From: Stegostoma tigrinum | Lineage: Eukaryota | Reading direction: 5' to 3' | NCBI RefSeq assembly: GCF_030684315.1 | Contig: NC_081397.1 | Coordinates: forward strand, 1,054,001-1,118,000 | DNA length: 64,000 nucleotides | Shown here: positions 13,036 to 25,559 of the stretch, one piece after another | How positions within the stretch are numbered: the stretch's first letter is position 1 | Layout: each line of letters opens with the position of its first letter | Program-made: the position numbers and the translations under genes | The notes under the pieces: model-generated | What the model was told of the DNA's origin: nothing | Databases searched by the model: none | What the model saw: only the letters and a program-made list of their open reading frames with translations

Positions 13036-14611
13036 AGAGGGGGATGGGGAGAGGGAACTGGAAAAAATAGGGAGAGAGGGGGAGGCGGACCGAAGATGGA
13101 GAGTAAAGAAGATAGGTGGAGAGAGTGTCGGTGGGGTGGTAGGGAGGGGATAGATCAGTCCAGGGAAGACGGACAGGTCAAGGAGGTGGGATGAGGTTAG
13201 TAGGTAGCTGGGGGTGCGGCTTGGGGTGGGATGAAGGGATGGGTGAGAGGAAGAACCGGTTAGGGAGGCAGAGACAGGTTGGACTGGTTTTGGGATGCAG
13301 TGGGTGGGGGGGAAGAGCTGGGCTGGTTGTGTGGTGCAGTGGGGGGAGGGGACGAACTGGGCTGGTTTAGGGATGCAGTAGGAGAAGGGGAGATTTTGAA
13401 ACTGGTGAAGTCCACATTGATACCATATGGCTGCAGGGTTCCCAGGCGGAATATGAGTTGCTGTTCCTGCAACCTTCGGGTGGCATCATTGTGGCACTGC
13501 AGGAGGCCCATGATGGACATGTCATCTAGAGAATGGGAGGGGGAGTGGAAATGGTTTGCGACTGGGAGGTGTAGTTGTTTGTTGCGGACTGAGCGGAGGT
13601 GTTCTGCAAAGCGGTCCCCAAGCCTCCGCTTGGTTTCCCCAATGTAGAGGAAGCCACACTGGGTACAGTGGAAGCAGTATACCACATTGGCAGATGTGCA
13701 GGTGAACCTCTGCTTAATGTGGAATGTCATCTTGGGGCCTGGGATGGGGGTGAGGGAGGAGGTGTGGGGGCAAGTGTAGCATTTCCTGCAGTTGCAGGGG
13801 AAGGTGCCGGGTGTGGTGGGGTTGGAGGGCAGTGTGGAGCGAACAAGGGAGTCACGGAGAGAGTGGTCTCTCCGGAAAGCTGACAGGGGAGGGGATGAAA
13901 AAATGTCTTGGGTGGTGGGGTCGGATTGTAAATGGCGGAAGTGTCGGAGGATAATGCGTTGTATCCGGAGGTTGGTAGGGTGGTGTGTGAGAACGAGGGG
14001 GATCCTCTTGGGGCGGTTGTGGCGGGGGTGGGGTGTGAGGGATGTGTTGTGGGAAATACGGGAGACGCGGTCAAGGGCGTTCTCGATCACTGTGGGGGGA
14101 AAGTTGCGGTCCTTGAAGAACTTGGACATCTGGGATGTGCGGGAGTGGAATGTCTTATCGTGGGAGCAGATGCGGCGGAGGCGGAGGAATTGGGAATATT
14201 CCGCCTGGGAACCCTGCAGCCATATGGTATCAATGTGGACTTCACCAGTTTCAAAATCTCCCCTTCTCCTACTGCATCCCTAAACCAGCCCAGTTCGTCC
14301 CCTCCCCCCACTGCACCACACAACCAGCCCAGCTCTTCCCCCCCACCCACTGCATCCCAAAACCAGTCCAACCTGTCTCTGCCTCCCTAACCGGTTCTTC
14401 CTCTCACCCATCCCTTCCTCCCACCCCAAGCCGCACCCCCAGCTACCTACTAACCTCATCCCACCTCCTTGACCTATCCGTCTTCCCTGGACTGACCTAT
14501 CCCTTCCCTACCTCCCCACCTATACTCCCTCCACCTATCTTTTGTCTCCATCTTCGGTCCGCCTCCCCCTCTCTCCCTATTTATTCCAGTTCCCTCTCCC
14601 CATCCTCCTCT

Positions 14612-14639
14612 CTGATGAAGGGTCTAGGCCCGAAACGTC
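14612..14639 (+). ncRNA. Minimal type I hammerhead ribozyme motif, intact core
   Basis: CT-CTGATGA-A-GGGTCTAGGCCC-GAAA-CGTC-AG; predicted cleavage after GUC (14639). Confidence 0.78.
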
Positions 14640-15339
14640 AGCTTTTGTGCTCCTGAGATGCTGCATGGCCTGCTGTGTTCATCCAGCCTCACATTTTATT
14701 ATCTTGGAATTCTCCAGCATCTGTAGTTCCCATTATCTCTGATACTATTTTAAGGCTCTTAACAAATTGGTTCAAACAAATCGTGTTTGCTTCCGGATGT
14801 GCTCACTCTTAGATTCGTATACAGCATTTTTCCCTGAAACTCTGCAAATGAACAGTCCTGAAGTTTAATTCTTATATAAGTTTCTGTCCATAGAGTTCAT
14901 GGTGAGAAATTATTGAGAATTGTTTCGATACATGTGTCCACTTTATTGGTTATTGTTCTGGATCCATCAACCCTGGAACTTGTTTTTATATCAGAAGCAG
15001 CTCCCTGTTTTGTTTAACGTTCGGCATGAGGTGTCTGTTTGAAGTGTGGCTGTTGCTGCATTTTACCCATTTACCTCAGGACTTTACTTCGACAGACGTT
15101 CCTATTTAACTGTGTGTCACAAGGTGGCACGTTATCAAATGTTGTTATCTCCTCTGTCTCAGAAAACAGCATGCTTATGTTGCATCCTAGAAATAGCAAA
15201 TTATTTTCAGTTCCTGTATAACAGTTTGTCATTGTCTCTGAACAGTTTCAAAATAACTGTCCAGAGGTCAGGTCCCATCACCAAGTCTCACCTTATTCAC
15301 TACTGCACAGGACACTGGCCGTGGCAGCTGTCATAGAGC

Positions 15340-15625
15340 TGTAGTGCTTTTATTTTCCCCCCAGCACCCGTGTTGTATGTGTGCAGGTGTAAGACCAGAA
15401 AATACCAGCCGTGAAAATAACTTTATCCACGCAGCAAACCAGTAAAGACACCCATGTGACTAAGGAGCTAGTAGCAAACAGAGCCCCGGAGGGCCATGCC
15501 TATGTGAACAAAAAGGTGACCTTCCGGTTTTATTGATCAACCAAAGCTTTCCTGATTGGCTCAGGTTCACAACCTAAATCAAGAACCTCGATGTTGACAT
15601 GATCAGCACAGTTCCAATTATTACA
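15340..15625 (-). mobile_element. Probable solo LTR
   Basis: Termini TGTAGT...ATTACA; minus-strand CCAATCAGG and AATAAAA near the end; no TSD visible; ~115 bp of it recurs at 16759-16872. Confidence 0.5.
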
Positions 15626-16758
15626 GGTTTACTCCAAAAACAGTTGTTTCAAATAAATTACCACAAGCAACCTTTAACTTGGCAACTTCACAAGAAATTC
15701 GGAATATTAAACTCTTATTTCTCATCATTGATGACACTTTGAAAGCGTTTGGCATGTTTGGCCAGGCCTTGTCCTTCCACCATCTCTGTTCCATTTATGA
15801 GATTCATGTCGTGATGTACATTGGTTTTGTATCCAGATGTTACCCCACAATGAAATAATCCAATCCTCACAATATTCCAATCCATTTTTTTCCCTACATG
15901 ACAACACTCAGATGAACCTCATAACTACACACAGAAACTGATCCAAGGTGAGCCCTTTTAAGCATTGGTTGAGTTCAAATATTTTCCAGGTAATGGGAAA
16001 GGATTGAAAATGACCTCAAAATATAATGTGATGCTTCCAGGAATATCTTTCTCTTTATGGCTTACCTAAAACTGTTTGCAGCCTTGGAAATAATCCTTTG
16101 CACAAATATCCACATTATCCATACAACAAAATGTTTACTCGTCTCTCCTTCTCTGAATCGCAGTTAAGCATCAGTTGGTTGTTTAAATACTCCTCACGTT
16201 GCTTTTCAACTGCTGCATGTCTAACTCTTCAATCTTTTCCAGCCTGACAATGATTGTAAGCTCTTGAATTTTCTTATGATTAGCAGCTTTGACCTCACAT
16301 TTTGGAATCAACCATTGGTTTTGTCTGACAAAGGTTAATTGGACTCGAAACTTTAATTCTGTGAGCCCTTCTCTCTACACTTGCTCCAGTTTCTCCAGAT
16401 ATTTCTTTCTTTCTTTTTCTCTTTTCCTTCAGATCTCCAATTATGTAAAATATTAAAAATTGCAGCTCTTCCTTAATTTCCCCAATCACATATGTTTCTT
16501 TCGTTTTTCCGGATCCATTTCAAGGCTGGTTTTTCAAGCATGATTGTGGACATCTTGTTGAAAATGCAATTGGATGCTTTCTTGCCTTACCTTGGCTGAA
16601 GACATTTATATGGAAATTAGCAATAATAACTTTGTTATTGTTTCTGTTTTGTTGTTGTTCCAACACCCAGTGGGTTTGCTTCCTCCACACAGAAAGCCAC
16701 TCCCTGAATAGCATGCAACCAAGTTAGAAAATAATCTGAAAATGTGTCACTGAACCTG

Positions 16759-16872
16759 GTGTGCAGGTGTAAGACTAGAAAATATCAGCCGTGATAACAA
16801 CTTTATCTACACAGCAAACCAGGGAAAACATCCATGTGACTAAGGAGCTAGGAGCAAACAGAGCCGCGAGGG
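16759..16872. repeat. Direct partial copy of 15380-15493
   Basis: TGTGCAGGTGTAAGAC..CAGCAAACCAG..CCATGTGACTAAGGAGCTAG.AGCAAACAGAGCC is shared by both copies. Confidence 0.8.
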
Positions 16873-17607
16873 GGCTGGAACTCCAGTTTCTCTTTACAGA
16901 TGCTTCCAGGCCTGCTGACATTTTCCAGCAGTTGCTGTGTTCACTTAATGCAACCAGATTCATCATTTCATTCTATGCCAGTCAAAAAACTGAAGAAACA
17001 AATTGACACAGGCTACAAATTGCTCCTAATGCAAAGCAGCAACCAAAGGCCTCAATATGTTACAACACCAACTCCAATCTTGCAATAGGCATGTTTCATT
17101 CTCAGGTACAAAGTTTTCGATACTCTAATGGAAGCATGCACTTCTGAGAGTTGCAAAGTGATTCAATATTTATCAAGATGAAAATATATTTCATTTGCCT
17201 CTGAAATACACAGGCATTTGAGGTTGGAAAGCTCAGAATAATGAGTGGAAACCTCTGAATTTGATTTTTAGGTACATTTTCATAGCCTTAACAGACGTAA
17301 AGGAATGAAAAATCTAAATATATGCACAGGTCATTACCAAACCATCTTTCATCTGAAATTGTTTTGAAAACAACGACACAACTGCAGTAGAATTTTAACC
17401 CAGACAATAGAATAATCACTCATAAAACCATGGCAAATGTAGAAACAAGTAGTTCATCTGTTCGTTGAACCTATTGAAAGGAGGATCAAGGGTTAGAAGG
17501 GCATGAGAGACGACTCCCTGATAAATTCATTGTCCTTCATACAAATCATTTCAAAGGTATATGCCAAAGCTAAAAAGTTCATAACGTTTTCACATCAAAC
17601 AGGGCTA

Positions 17608-19978
17608 TTGGGGAGATTTTGAAACTTACAAAGTCCACATTGATACCATTGGGCCTGGAGTGTTCCCAAGCAAAATATGAGATGCTGCTCCTGCAACCTT
17701 TGGGTGGAATTGTTAGGAGACCCAGGATGTACATATCGTCCAATGAATGGGAGGGGGAGTTGAAAAGTTTCACGACTGAAAGGTGCAGACCAGGGAGTTG
17801 CAGTTGTAGTATGGCACACTGACCTCTACATCGCTGAGGCCAGAGGCCAGCTCTCTGACACCTCCTCCTACCGCCCCCTTGATCATGATCCCATGACCGA
17901 CCACCAAAGCATCGTCTCACTGACCATCCACAAACTCATCACTTCAGGTGACCTCCCAACCATAGACTCCAACCTCATCATTCCCAAAACCTGCACTGCT
18001 CATTTCTATCTCATTCCCAAAATCCACAAACCTGACTGCCCTGGTCATTTTCTCCGCCTCCCCCTGCCCCACCGATCTTATCTTCGCTGACCTCAGATCC
18101 ATTTTCACCGCCTTGCTCCATGGACACACAACCTACGCCTGTGACACCACCCACGCCCGCCACCTCCTCCAAACGTTCCGAGTCCCTGGTCGCCAACATG
18201 TAGTGTTTATCATGGACATCCAGTCGCCATACACCTGCATTCCCCAGAAGATGGCCTAAAGGCCCTCTGCATCTTCCTGTCCTGCAGGCCCGAACAGTCC
18301 CCCTACACTGGCACCCTCATTCACTTCAGTGAAGTCGCCGTCACCCTGAACAACTTCTCCTTCGATTCCTCCCACTTCCTACAGACAAAAGAGGTGGCCA
18401 CGGGTACTCACATGGGCCCAAGCTATGCCTGCCTCTTTGTAGGTTACATGGAACAATCCCTCTTCGGAAGTTACACTGCCCCTAAACCCCACTTCTTCCT
18501 CCGTTACATTGATGACTGTACCGGCGCCACCTCGTGCTCCCAAGGGGATCTCGAACAGTTCATCCACTTCACTAACACCTTCCACCCCAACCTTAAGTTT
18601 AAATGGGCCACCTCCAATACCTCTCTTTCCTTCGTGGGCATCCCTGTTTCAATCTCTGGCAACTGTCTGGAAACCAATATCGATTTCAAGACAACCAATT
18701 CCTACCTAGTATACACCTCCTCTGACCCACCTTCCTGCAAAAATGCCACCCCCATTCCAAATTCCTTCACCTCTGCTGCATCTGCTCCCGAGATGAAGCA
18801 TTCCACTACTGGATGTCCCAGATGTCCTCGTTTATCAAGGGCCGCAACTTCCCCTCCATAGTAGTTGCAAACGCCCTCGACCATGTCTCTCACATTTCCC
18901 GCAACTCATTCCTCACACCCTCTTCCCACAATAGCAACCAAAAACAGAATCCCTCTCATCCTCACGCACCACCCCACCAACATTCAGATGCAACGCATCA
19001 TCCTCCGGCACTTTCACCATCTGCCATCTGACCGCACTACCAAAGACATGTTTCCCTTCCCACCCTTAGCTGCTTTCCAGAGGGACCACTCTCACGTTGA
19101 CTCCCTTGTCTGCTCCACCCTCCCCACTAGCCCAATCACCCCGGCACCTTTCCCTTCAAGGTCAGTATACATACCCCCTCACTCATCCCAGGCCCCAAGG
19201 AGACGTTCCACATCAAAAAGATGTTCGGCTGCACGTCTGCTAATGTGGTATATTGTCCCTGCTGTTCCCAATGTGGCCTCCTCTACGTCGGGGAAACCAA
19301 GCAGATGCTTGGGGACCACTTTCTGGAACACCTGCGCTCGGTTCATGACAAACAACTGCACCTCCCAGACGTGAACCATTCCAACTCCCACCTCCCATTC
19401 CTTAGATGACATGTTCATCCCGAGCATCCTGCAGTGCCACACCACCCAAAGGTTGCAGGGACAGCATCTCATATTCCGCTAGGAAGCCACGCGGCCCAAT
19501 GGTATCAATGTGGACTTCACAAGCTTCAAAATGTCCCCTCCCGACCGCATCCCAAAACAAGCCCTCGTCCCCTCCTCCTTTACCTGTCCTTCCTCCCACC
19601 AATCTACTCCTTGCACCTCAAGCCTCACTCGCATCTCCTACCTCCCAGCCTCATTCTGCTTCCTTGACCTCTCCAAGCTCCTTGGACTGACATATCCTCT
19701 CCCTAACTCCCCACCTGCACTCATCTTTCCTGACTCCATCCCCTCCTGTTTGACCTGTCTGTCTCCCCTCCACTTATCTTCTCCTTTATCCATCTTTTAT
19801 CTGCCTCACCCACTTTCCTTATTTATTTCAGAATCCCCTCCCCCTCCCCCTCCCCCATTTTTGAAGAACGTTCTTGACAGCTTTCCTGCTCCTCTGGTGC
19901 TGTTCGGTCTTCTACACTCATCCAGCTCTACACCTTGTTATCTCAGATTCTCCAGCATCGGCAGTTCTTACAATCTCT
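17608..19978 (+). mobile_element. Degraded PLE with RT and GIY-YIG domains (17785-19978), preceded by a short inverted arm (17608-17788)
   Basis: AD(Q)G.AVVVW.TDLYIAEA; FYLIPKIHKP; ATGTHMGPSYACLFVGYME; FFLRYIDD (RT catalytic motif); NVVYCPCCSQCGLLYVGET; several frameshifts; hammerhead region partly deleted at ~19860. Confidence 0.93.
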
Positions 19979-19999
19979 GCTGACATGCTGGACCTGGTT

Positions 20000-20420
20000 C
20001 ACACCCTCGTGTAATACTAGTTCATACCCTCGTGGGTGGCAGTCACAAATGTCACTACAAGGATATTGGAACCCATCCAGCTGAGACGCAATCCATCCTG
20101 CAGGTTCCTCCTGCCCTGGCAGTGATTCCAATGATCCAGAGAGATCAATCCCTTCCTCCGACACTCACCCTTTAGCCACTGCATTATCATCCAATTTCTG
20201 GGCTCACTAGCACATGGTAGAGGGAGTTAATCCAGACATTCCAACGCTAGAATTTTTGTTTATCATCTTTCCAACCAATTCCCTAAAGTCCTGTTGCAGG
20301 ATCCCATCTCCCTTTCTGCCTACATTATTGATGGCAATATGCACCACAGAGTCTATCTGCTTACTCTCTGATTTTGAATAACCTATGGCCACTCAGAGAC
20401 ATGCTTGGCCCTAGAAGGAA
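20000..20420 (-). mobile_element. CR1 ORF1 fragment (SGNH/GDSL esterase-like domain)
   Basis: Minus ORF 20207-20392 VVHIAINNVGRKGDGILQQDFREL...VGMSGLTP resembles the CR1 ORF1 VVHIGTND...VISGLLP blocks. Confidence 0.7.
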
Positions 20421-21811
20421 GGTGATAACATATCATCCTGAAGTCTTGCATGGGTTTCTTGGCCCTGACTATGGAATGCTCAGTCCCGGCCGATCGCCTG
20501 TAGTTCAACACTTCCAGATGAAACACAGAGTCAATTGCTGTGCCAGTGATCAAACTGCTACTGTTGACTTTCACTGTTTCTGTGCCCCTTTGCCTTCAGA
20601 TGTAAGTGACCGTGGGATGGAAAGTTTTGTCTAAGTATCTTTTGTAAATTCCTGCTGTGCATTTGGAGAATGTACAGAGATGTTGGTTGTCACAAAAAAG
20701 ACATGACTGCAGAGTTTTTGTGACATCCAGCGCGGAAACAGACCCTTCAGGCCAATTCGTCCATGCTGTCAGGATATCCTTCCTTAATCTACTCCAATTT
20801 GCCAGCATTTGGCCCATAACTATATGAGTTATGAGGAGAGACCGCACAGCCTGTGGTTGGTTACACCAGAGAAAAGTGAGCTGTGGTGGGGTGCTGTCTG
20901 GTTAAGGTCTGGTGTATGAAATTATGACTGATGTAGTAATGGGAGTTTGTGAAAGCATTTTCCATGGCAAACCTGTCTTGAAGAAGTCGACGTAAGTTTC
21001 AGGTCAAGAGGTAAATTATTAATGTGGAAAATGTTCAGGAAGCTTTTGGACAGCCTTGGGCAGCAGAGTTATGGATCATGATGCCTGAGAGGCCGCTGAA
21101 GGCATGCATTCTCGCAACATTTCAGAAGTTTCTGAGCGAACTCTTAACGTGAAAGGAAATGTCAGGCTACTGGCTAAGTGCAGTTCATTCCTCAGTATTA
21201 TTTTGTTTCTGCTGGGTGGCATAGACATGGGCTGAATGGCCTGTTTCTATGATGTATCACTCTTTGAATTAAAGTAGCTGCAATAATTTTCTATGTTCAA
21301 CCAGTTTGGAATAATTCATTCATTAAAACAGCTCACTTGAATTTCAAGAGCAGAATGTTTGCAGTCGAGTGAAGCACATTACTCAAACAATTTGAGAACC
21401 GAGCAATGGGACTCCTGGCATCTGTGTGGGACAGCGCCATTCACGTGAGAATTCAGCTTCATTCATGGTTGTGTTGGGAACTGAACAGTTTGGTTTTAGT
21501 GCTGAACATAATTAACACAGCGGGGAATTTACCACCTACTGCACACTTTGTTTTGTTTTCAAGAAAGATCATAAAATTGAATGATGTAACGTTGACATTC
21601 ACAAGGCCACTGGACGGGGAATAAATTAAGTGCTTCATGAAACAACATTTTGGAATTGATAGCAGGATAATTACACACAGTTTAAGAGACACATAACCGT
21701 GAAAATGCATCTTCCAATTCAGCATCTTCCAATATATCACATGATTCTTGCTGTTATTGGCGTTCCTGGTAAGTGGCTGTACCGATTAAATTTGTACGAG
21801 TTTGTGTGTTC

Positions 21812-21928
21812 AGAATCCCCTTCCTCTCCCCCATTTCTGAAAGAGGGTCCATTTCCCAAACGTCTGTTTTCCTGCTCCTCTGATGCTGCTTGGCCTGTTG
21901 TGTTCATCCAGCTCGACACCTTGTTATT
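21812..21928 (+). mobile_element. PLE 3' tail fragment with decayed hammerhead, inside the GPCR intron
   Basis: CCCCCATTTCTGAAAGAGGGTCC...CCCAAACGTC...GATGCTGCTTGGCCTG.TGTGTTCATCCAGC. Confidence 0.8.
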
Positions 21929-21989
21929 TAAATAGCTAACACATGTTTATACTTTCTGGCTAGGGAGACCGATCGGACAGGGTGACTTT

Positions 21990-22372
21990 GTTTTTTGCTG
22001 GAACACCAGAGGCTGAGGGGTGAACTAATGCAAATTTATAAGATTATGAATGGCATGGATAGAGTGGAAAGTATGACTTTTTTTCCCACGGCAGGGGGGC
22101 GCAATTACTAGGGGACACAGTTTTAAGTTGGGAGGAGGGAGTTATTCACACCAAGGGTGGTGAGTGCCTGGAACGCACGGTCAGAGGAGCTGGTGGGAGT
22201 AGAGAAAATAGCAAAATTCAGGAAGCACCTGGTTGAATCCGTGAATAGGAAGGGAATTGAGGGATACCGACCCTGTAAGTGAAGACCATGTTAGTTTGGA
22301 AGGACATAATGTGACGGTGCGGATTTGGAGGGCCAGGTGGCCTGCTCCTGTGTTGTGTTGTTCTTTGTTCTT
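21990..22372 (+). mobile_element. CR1-like LINE 3' end (intronic)
   Basis: AGGCTGAGGGGTGAACTAAT...ACTAGGGGACACAG...GGGTGGTGAGTGCCTGGAAC; tail TGTTCTTTGTTCT. Confidence 0.75.
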
Positions 22373-22953
22373 ATTCACCGTCCTTTATTGGGCCAGAAAT
22401 TTTATTGAATTCAAATTTCACAAACCACAATTGTGAGATTAAAACCCATGTCCCCAGAAATCTGCCTGGGTTCTCAGGCTTGGTTTCTGGCACTAAAATG
22501 TGGCCGATTATGAAAGGTATCCTATACTGAGAGAGGGACAGTCCCAGGGGAGATCTGATGCTGATGAGGATGGACACATTTTTGGTGTATGTGAACTCCT
22601 GACAATGTCTTCTTCAACTGACCAATGTGTGACCAATACTGGCTGTCATTTCACGAGAGCTCTCATCCTGAGCGGAGCCACATTCTCACTTCTGTCTCAC
22701 TCAGCCATGAGTCTCACTTGATACACAATAATTAACATTGTGGGAAGATGAAAAGCCAGTGCAGGTTCTTCATCTGTGAAGCATCAGGCACGCACACTCA
22801 GTCGCATTTGACAATGTCTATTCTGGTCCTTCCTGCACAAACTCTCATGTTGGGACTTATGTAGAGAGGCTTGCAAAGTCGGAAACAATCTCTGTAAGGA
22901 TGGCCAGTGGGTCAAAGACTGAGAATTTTCCAAACGGCAGGTTGTTTAAAGCT

Positions 22954-23094
22954 NNNNNNNNNNNNNNNNNNNNNNNNNNNNNNNNNNNNNNNNNNNNNNN
23001 NNNNNNNNNNNNNNNNNNNNNNNNNNNNNNNNNNNNNNNNNNNNNNNNNNNNNNNNNNNNNNNNNNNNNNNNNNNNNNNNNNNNNNNNNNNNNN
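22954..23094. other. Assembly gap (141 N)
   Basis: Run of n. Confidence 1.
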
Positions 23095-24559
23095 GAAGGT
23101 CCATGTCAGATTATGATGAATTTTAGGAAGTGATTTTCATTCATTTTTCGTTCTGTCTTCTTCAGTGAATTTACTGGGGATTGTGATCATGTCCTACAGA
23201 AAGTGTGGCCTCTCCACCTGCACTACTCGCTACCTGGTGGCCATGGCAATGGCAGACCTACTTGTTGTTATCACTGAAGTCATCTTGATCCACGACAATC
23301 TTTATTATTTCCCAATTTCTTTCCTGGATATCACACCTATGTGTAATTTAACTGCTGTCCAGCTTTCTGCAGCTACAGATTGTTCTGTCTGGTTTACCGT
23401 CATGTTCTCCTTTGATCACTTTGTTGTCATTTGTTGCCAGCAGCTGAAAACAAGGTATTGCACTGTGAAAACAGCAATTGTGGTTCTAGCAACAATCTGC
23501 ATTCTTCTTTGTTTGAAAAAACATTCCTTTGTACTTTATATCTGATCCTTGGATAATAATCGACAATGTACCCTGGTTCTGTTCTACGAAGCCAAGCTAC
23601 TGTACTCATCCTGGTTGGGTGGGTTTTGACTGGTTTGATAAGATTCTAACTCCCTTTCTACACTTCAGTTTGGTTTTGTTGATTAATGCTGGGACAGTCA
23701 GACATATTTTAGTGGCCAGCAGAGCCCGTAAGGGACTGAAGGGTCAAAGCATCGTAGGGAATCGTAGTGACCCAGAGATAGAGAGCAGAAGGAAATCTAT
23801 GATTTTACATTTCACCATATTTGGCAGTTTCATCCTCCTTCGGTCTGTATATGTAATATATGCTACAACATAACGGGAAGAGATCCTGGGGATTACAAAG
23901 AGTCAAAAATTACTTTTCAACAAGTTGGTGTGATGCTGCAGAATTTAAGTTGCTGTACAAATACTTTTATTTATGCCGTGACGCAGACCAACTTCAGAGA
24001 ACAGCTTAAGAGGCGTTTTGAACCATCCTGTTACATCTATTGTTCAAATATTGAATAAACGTAAGAACCGAACCTCTCCTCACGGCATGTTAACCTATGA
24101 GCGACCTCGCTCAAGTGATTTGTTACCCACCTCCCCAAAATACCGATCTCCTCCTGCTGGCTGGCGGTTGTTCATCAAATCAGTTACACGAGTCAAGTCA
24201 CATGCTCTTGCTGTGCCTGGTGAAGAATAGATTCGATCAAACTGTAAGGATACACCGTCCAACAAATGGAAGTTGCCAAAATTGCGACCACATCTTCCCC
24301 ATTCTTTCCTTATGAGCGGCTTTGAACTGACAGTTGCCTCATTCAGTGAATGGATTGAAACAGCACGTCCTGGAATGAAGGCAACAATGTTCCAAACACC
24401 AATCGATGACTGAGCATTTCACGGGGCTCATCACAGTTTACTCCTGCACAATCTGTTACAGTCAATCCATTCAGCTCAACAGTGATCAGCCTTGTATTTC
24501 TTTGATAAATCCCATTGTTGCGATGCTAACTCAATACCCAGTTTCTTCTTCTTTGACTG

Positions 24560-24960
24560 TGTACGTATCTAGTATGTGTTTGTGGTTGTGGTTGTGTGTG
24601 TGTATTAATGTGACCAGCAACTGCATCTGCATGTGTAAGAGCGCGCCTCTCTTTGCTTGTCTCTGCGTCTCTACTTGCGTGGTTGAATGTATAACTAGTT
24701 GTGAAATTGTGTATGTAGTTCAATATTTATGTGTCCACGCTGATGCAGCTTTGCTTGTGAACGCACGGATGTGTTTCACGTTTATCTGTGATTCATACAT
24801 TGGAAGTGTGTGTTTTCGCTCTGAGTCTCCGTGATAGTGTTATTGGTATCAATGTATGTTTGTGAGTGGGTCAGTTTTTCTCTGTATCAGTAAGAGTGTG
24901 CATACTTCTTTTGTGTATGTTTGTTTCTATCTGTTTGTATCTATATCTTTTTATGTACGC
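24560..24960. repeat. Degenerate (TG)n low-complexity tract
   Basis: TG/TA-rich with imperfect periodicity. Confidence 0.6.
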
Positions 24961-25075
24961 ACGCCCTATGAGTGCAGTTGAGTGTCCTTCTGCGTTTGGG
25001 TTTCTCGAAGGTTCTTGAGGAGATTTGGAGCTCGGATTGTGGTTCGCTCACTGAACTGGTTCGTTAGTTTGCAAA

Positions 25076-25330
25076 CATAGAACATAGAACACTACATCGC
25101 AGTACAGACCCTTCAGCCGTCGATGTTGCACCGACCTATGAAACCAAACTGAAGCCCATCTAACCTACACTATTCCATTATCATCCATATGCTTATACAA
25201 TGACAATTTGAATGCCCTTAAAGTTGGTGAGTGTACGACTGATGTAGGCAGGGCATTTCACGCCCTCACTACCGTCTGAGTAATGAACCCACCTCTGACA
25301 TCTCTCCTATATCTATCACCCCTCAATAAA
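25076..25330 (-). mobile_element. CR1-like LINE 3' end, same family as 61191-64000
   Basis: CATAGAACATAGAAC tail and GCCCATCTAACCTACACTATTCCA are shared with 61191-61450. Confidence 0.85.
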
Positions 25331-25559
25331 TTGTTTTGAGCAATTAGAAAATGATTAGTTTCTTCCTTCATTCCACAAAGACTAATCCACACTAGCACTG
25401 TGTGCCTCAGTCATGTACTTTCACAGGGTAATGGGGACTGAATCAGAGCACAGATATTCCCGGATCATCACAAGGACACAGATATTACAGGATACTGAGT
25501 CCTGGAAGCAAAATCATTTCTGACACAAAGAATATTGATGCAGAAAAGCAAGAAATTAA

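Larger units (their letters stand above)
12944..14751. mobile_element. Young head-to-head inverted PLE insertion (minus arm 12944-14198, plus arm 14196-14751) with a 14-bp TSD
   Basis: Minus ORF 13260-14129 has an open CNCRKCYTC...NVVYCFHCTQCGFLYIGETKRRLGDRFAEH GIY-YIG domain; AAGGCTCTTAACAA occurs at both 12930-12943 and 14752-14765; 3-nt ATA overlap at the arm junction. Confidence 0.95.
21705..24075 (+). pseudogene. GPR139/GPR142-like class A GPCR pseudogene (exon 1 21705-21768, exon 2 from 23166)
   Basis: Exon 1 MHLPIQHLPIYHMILAVIGVP with a GTAAGT donor; acceptor TTCTTCAG at 23165; VNLLGIVIMSYRKCGLSTCTTRYLVAMAMADLL...DCSVWFTVMFSFDHF. One extra A at 23516-23521, further frameshifts at ~23860 and ~24010; LSCCTNTFIYAVTQ lies in a shifted frame. 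Confidence 0.9.

Noticed and set aside
13792-14656. Long plus-strand ORFs across the PLE junction
   Set aside because: Antisense or chimeric read-through of inverted PLE arms, not host genes.
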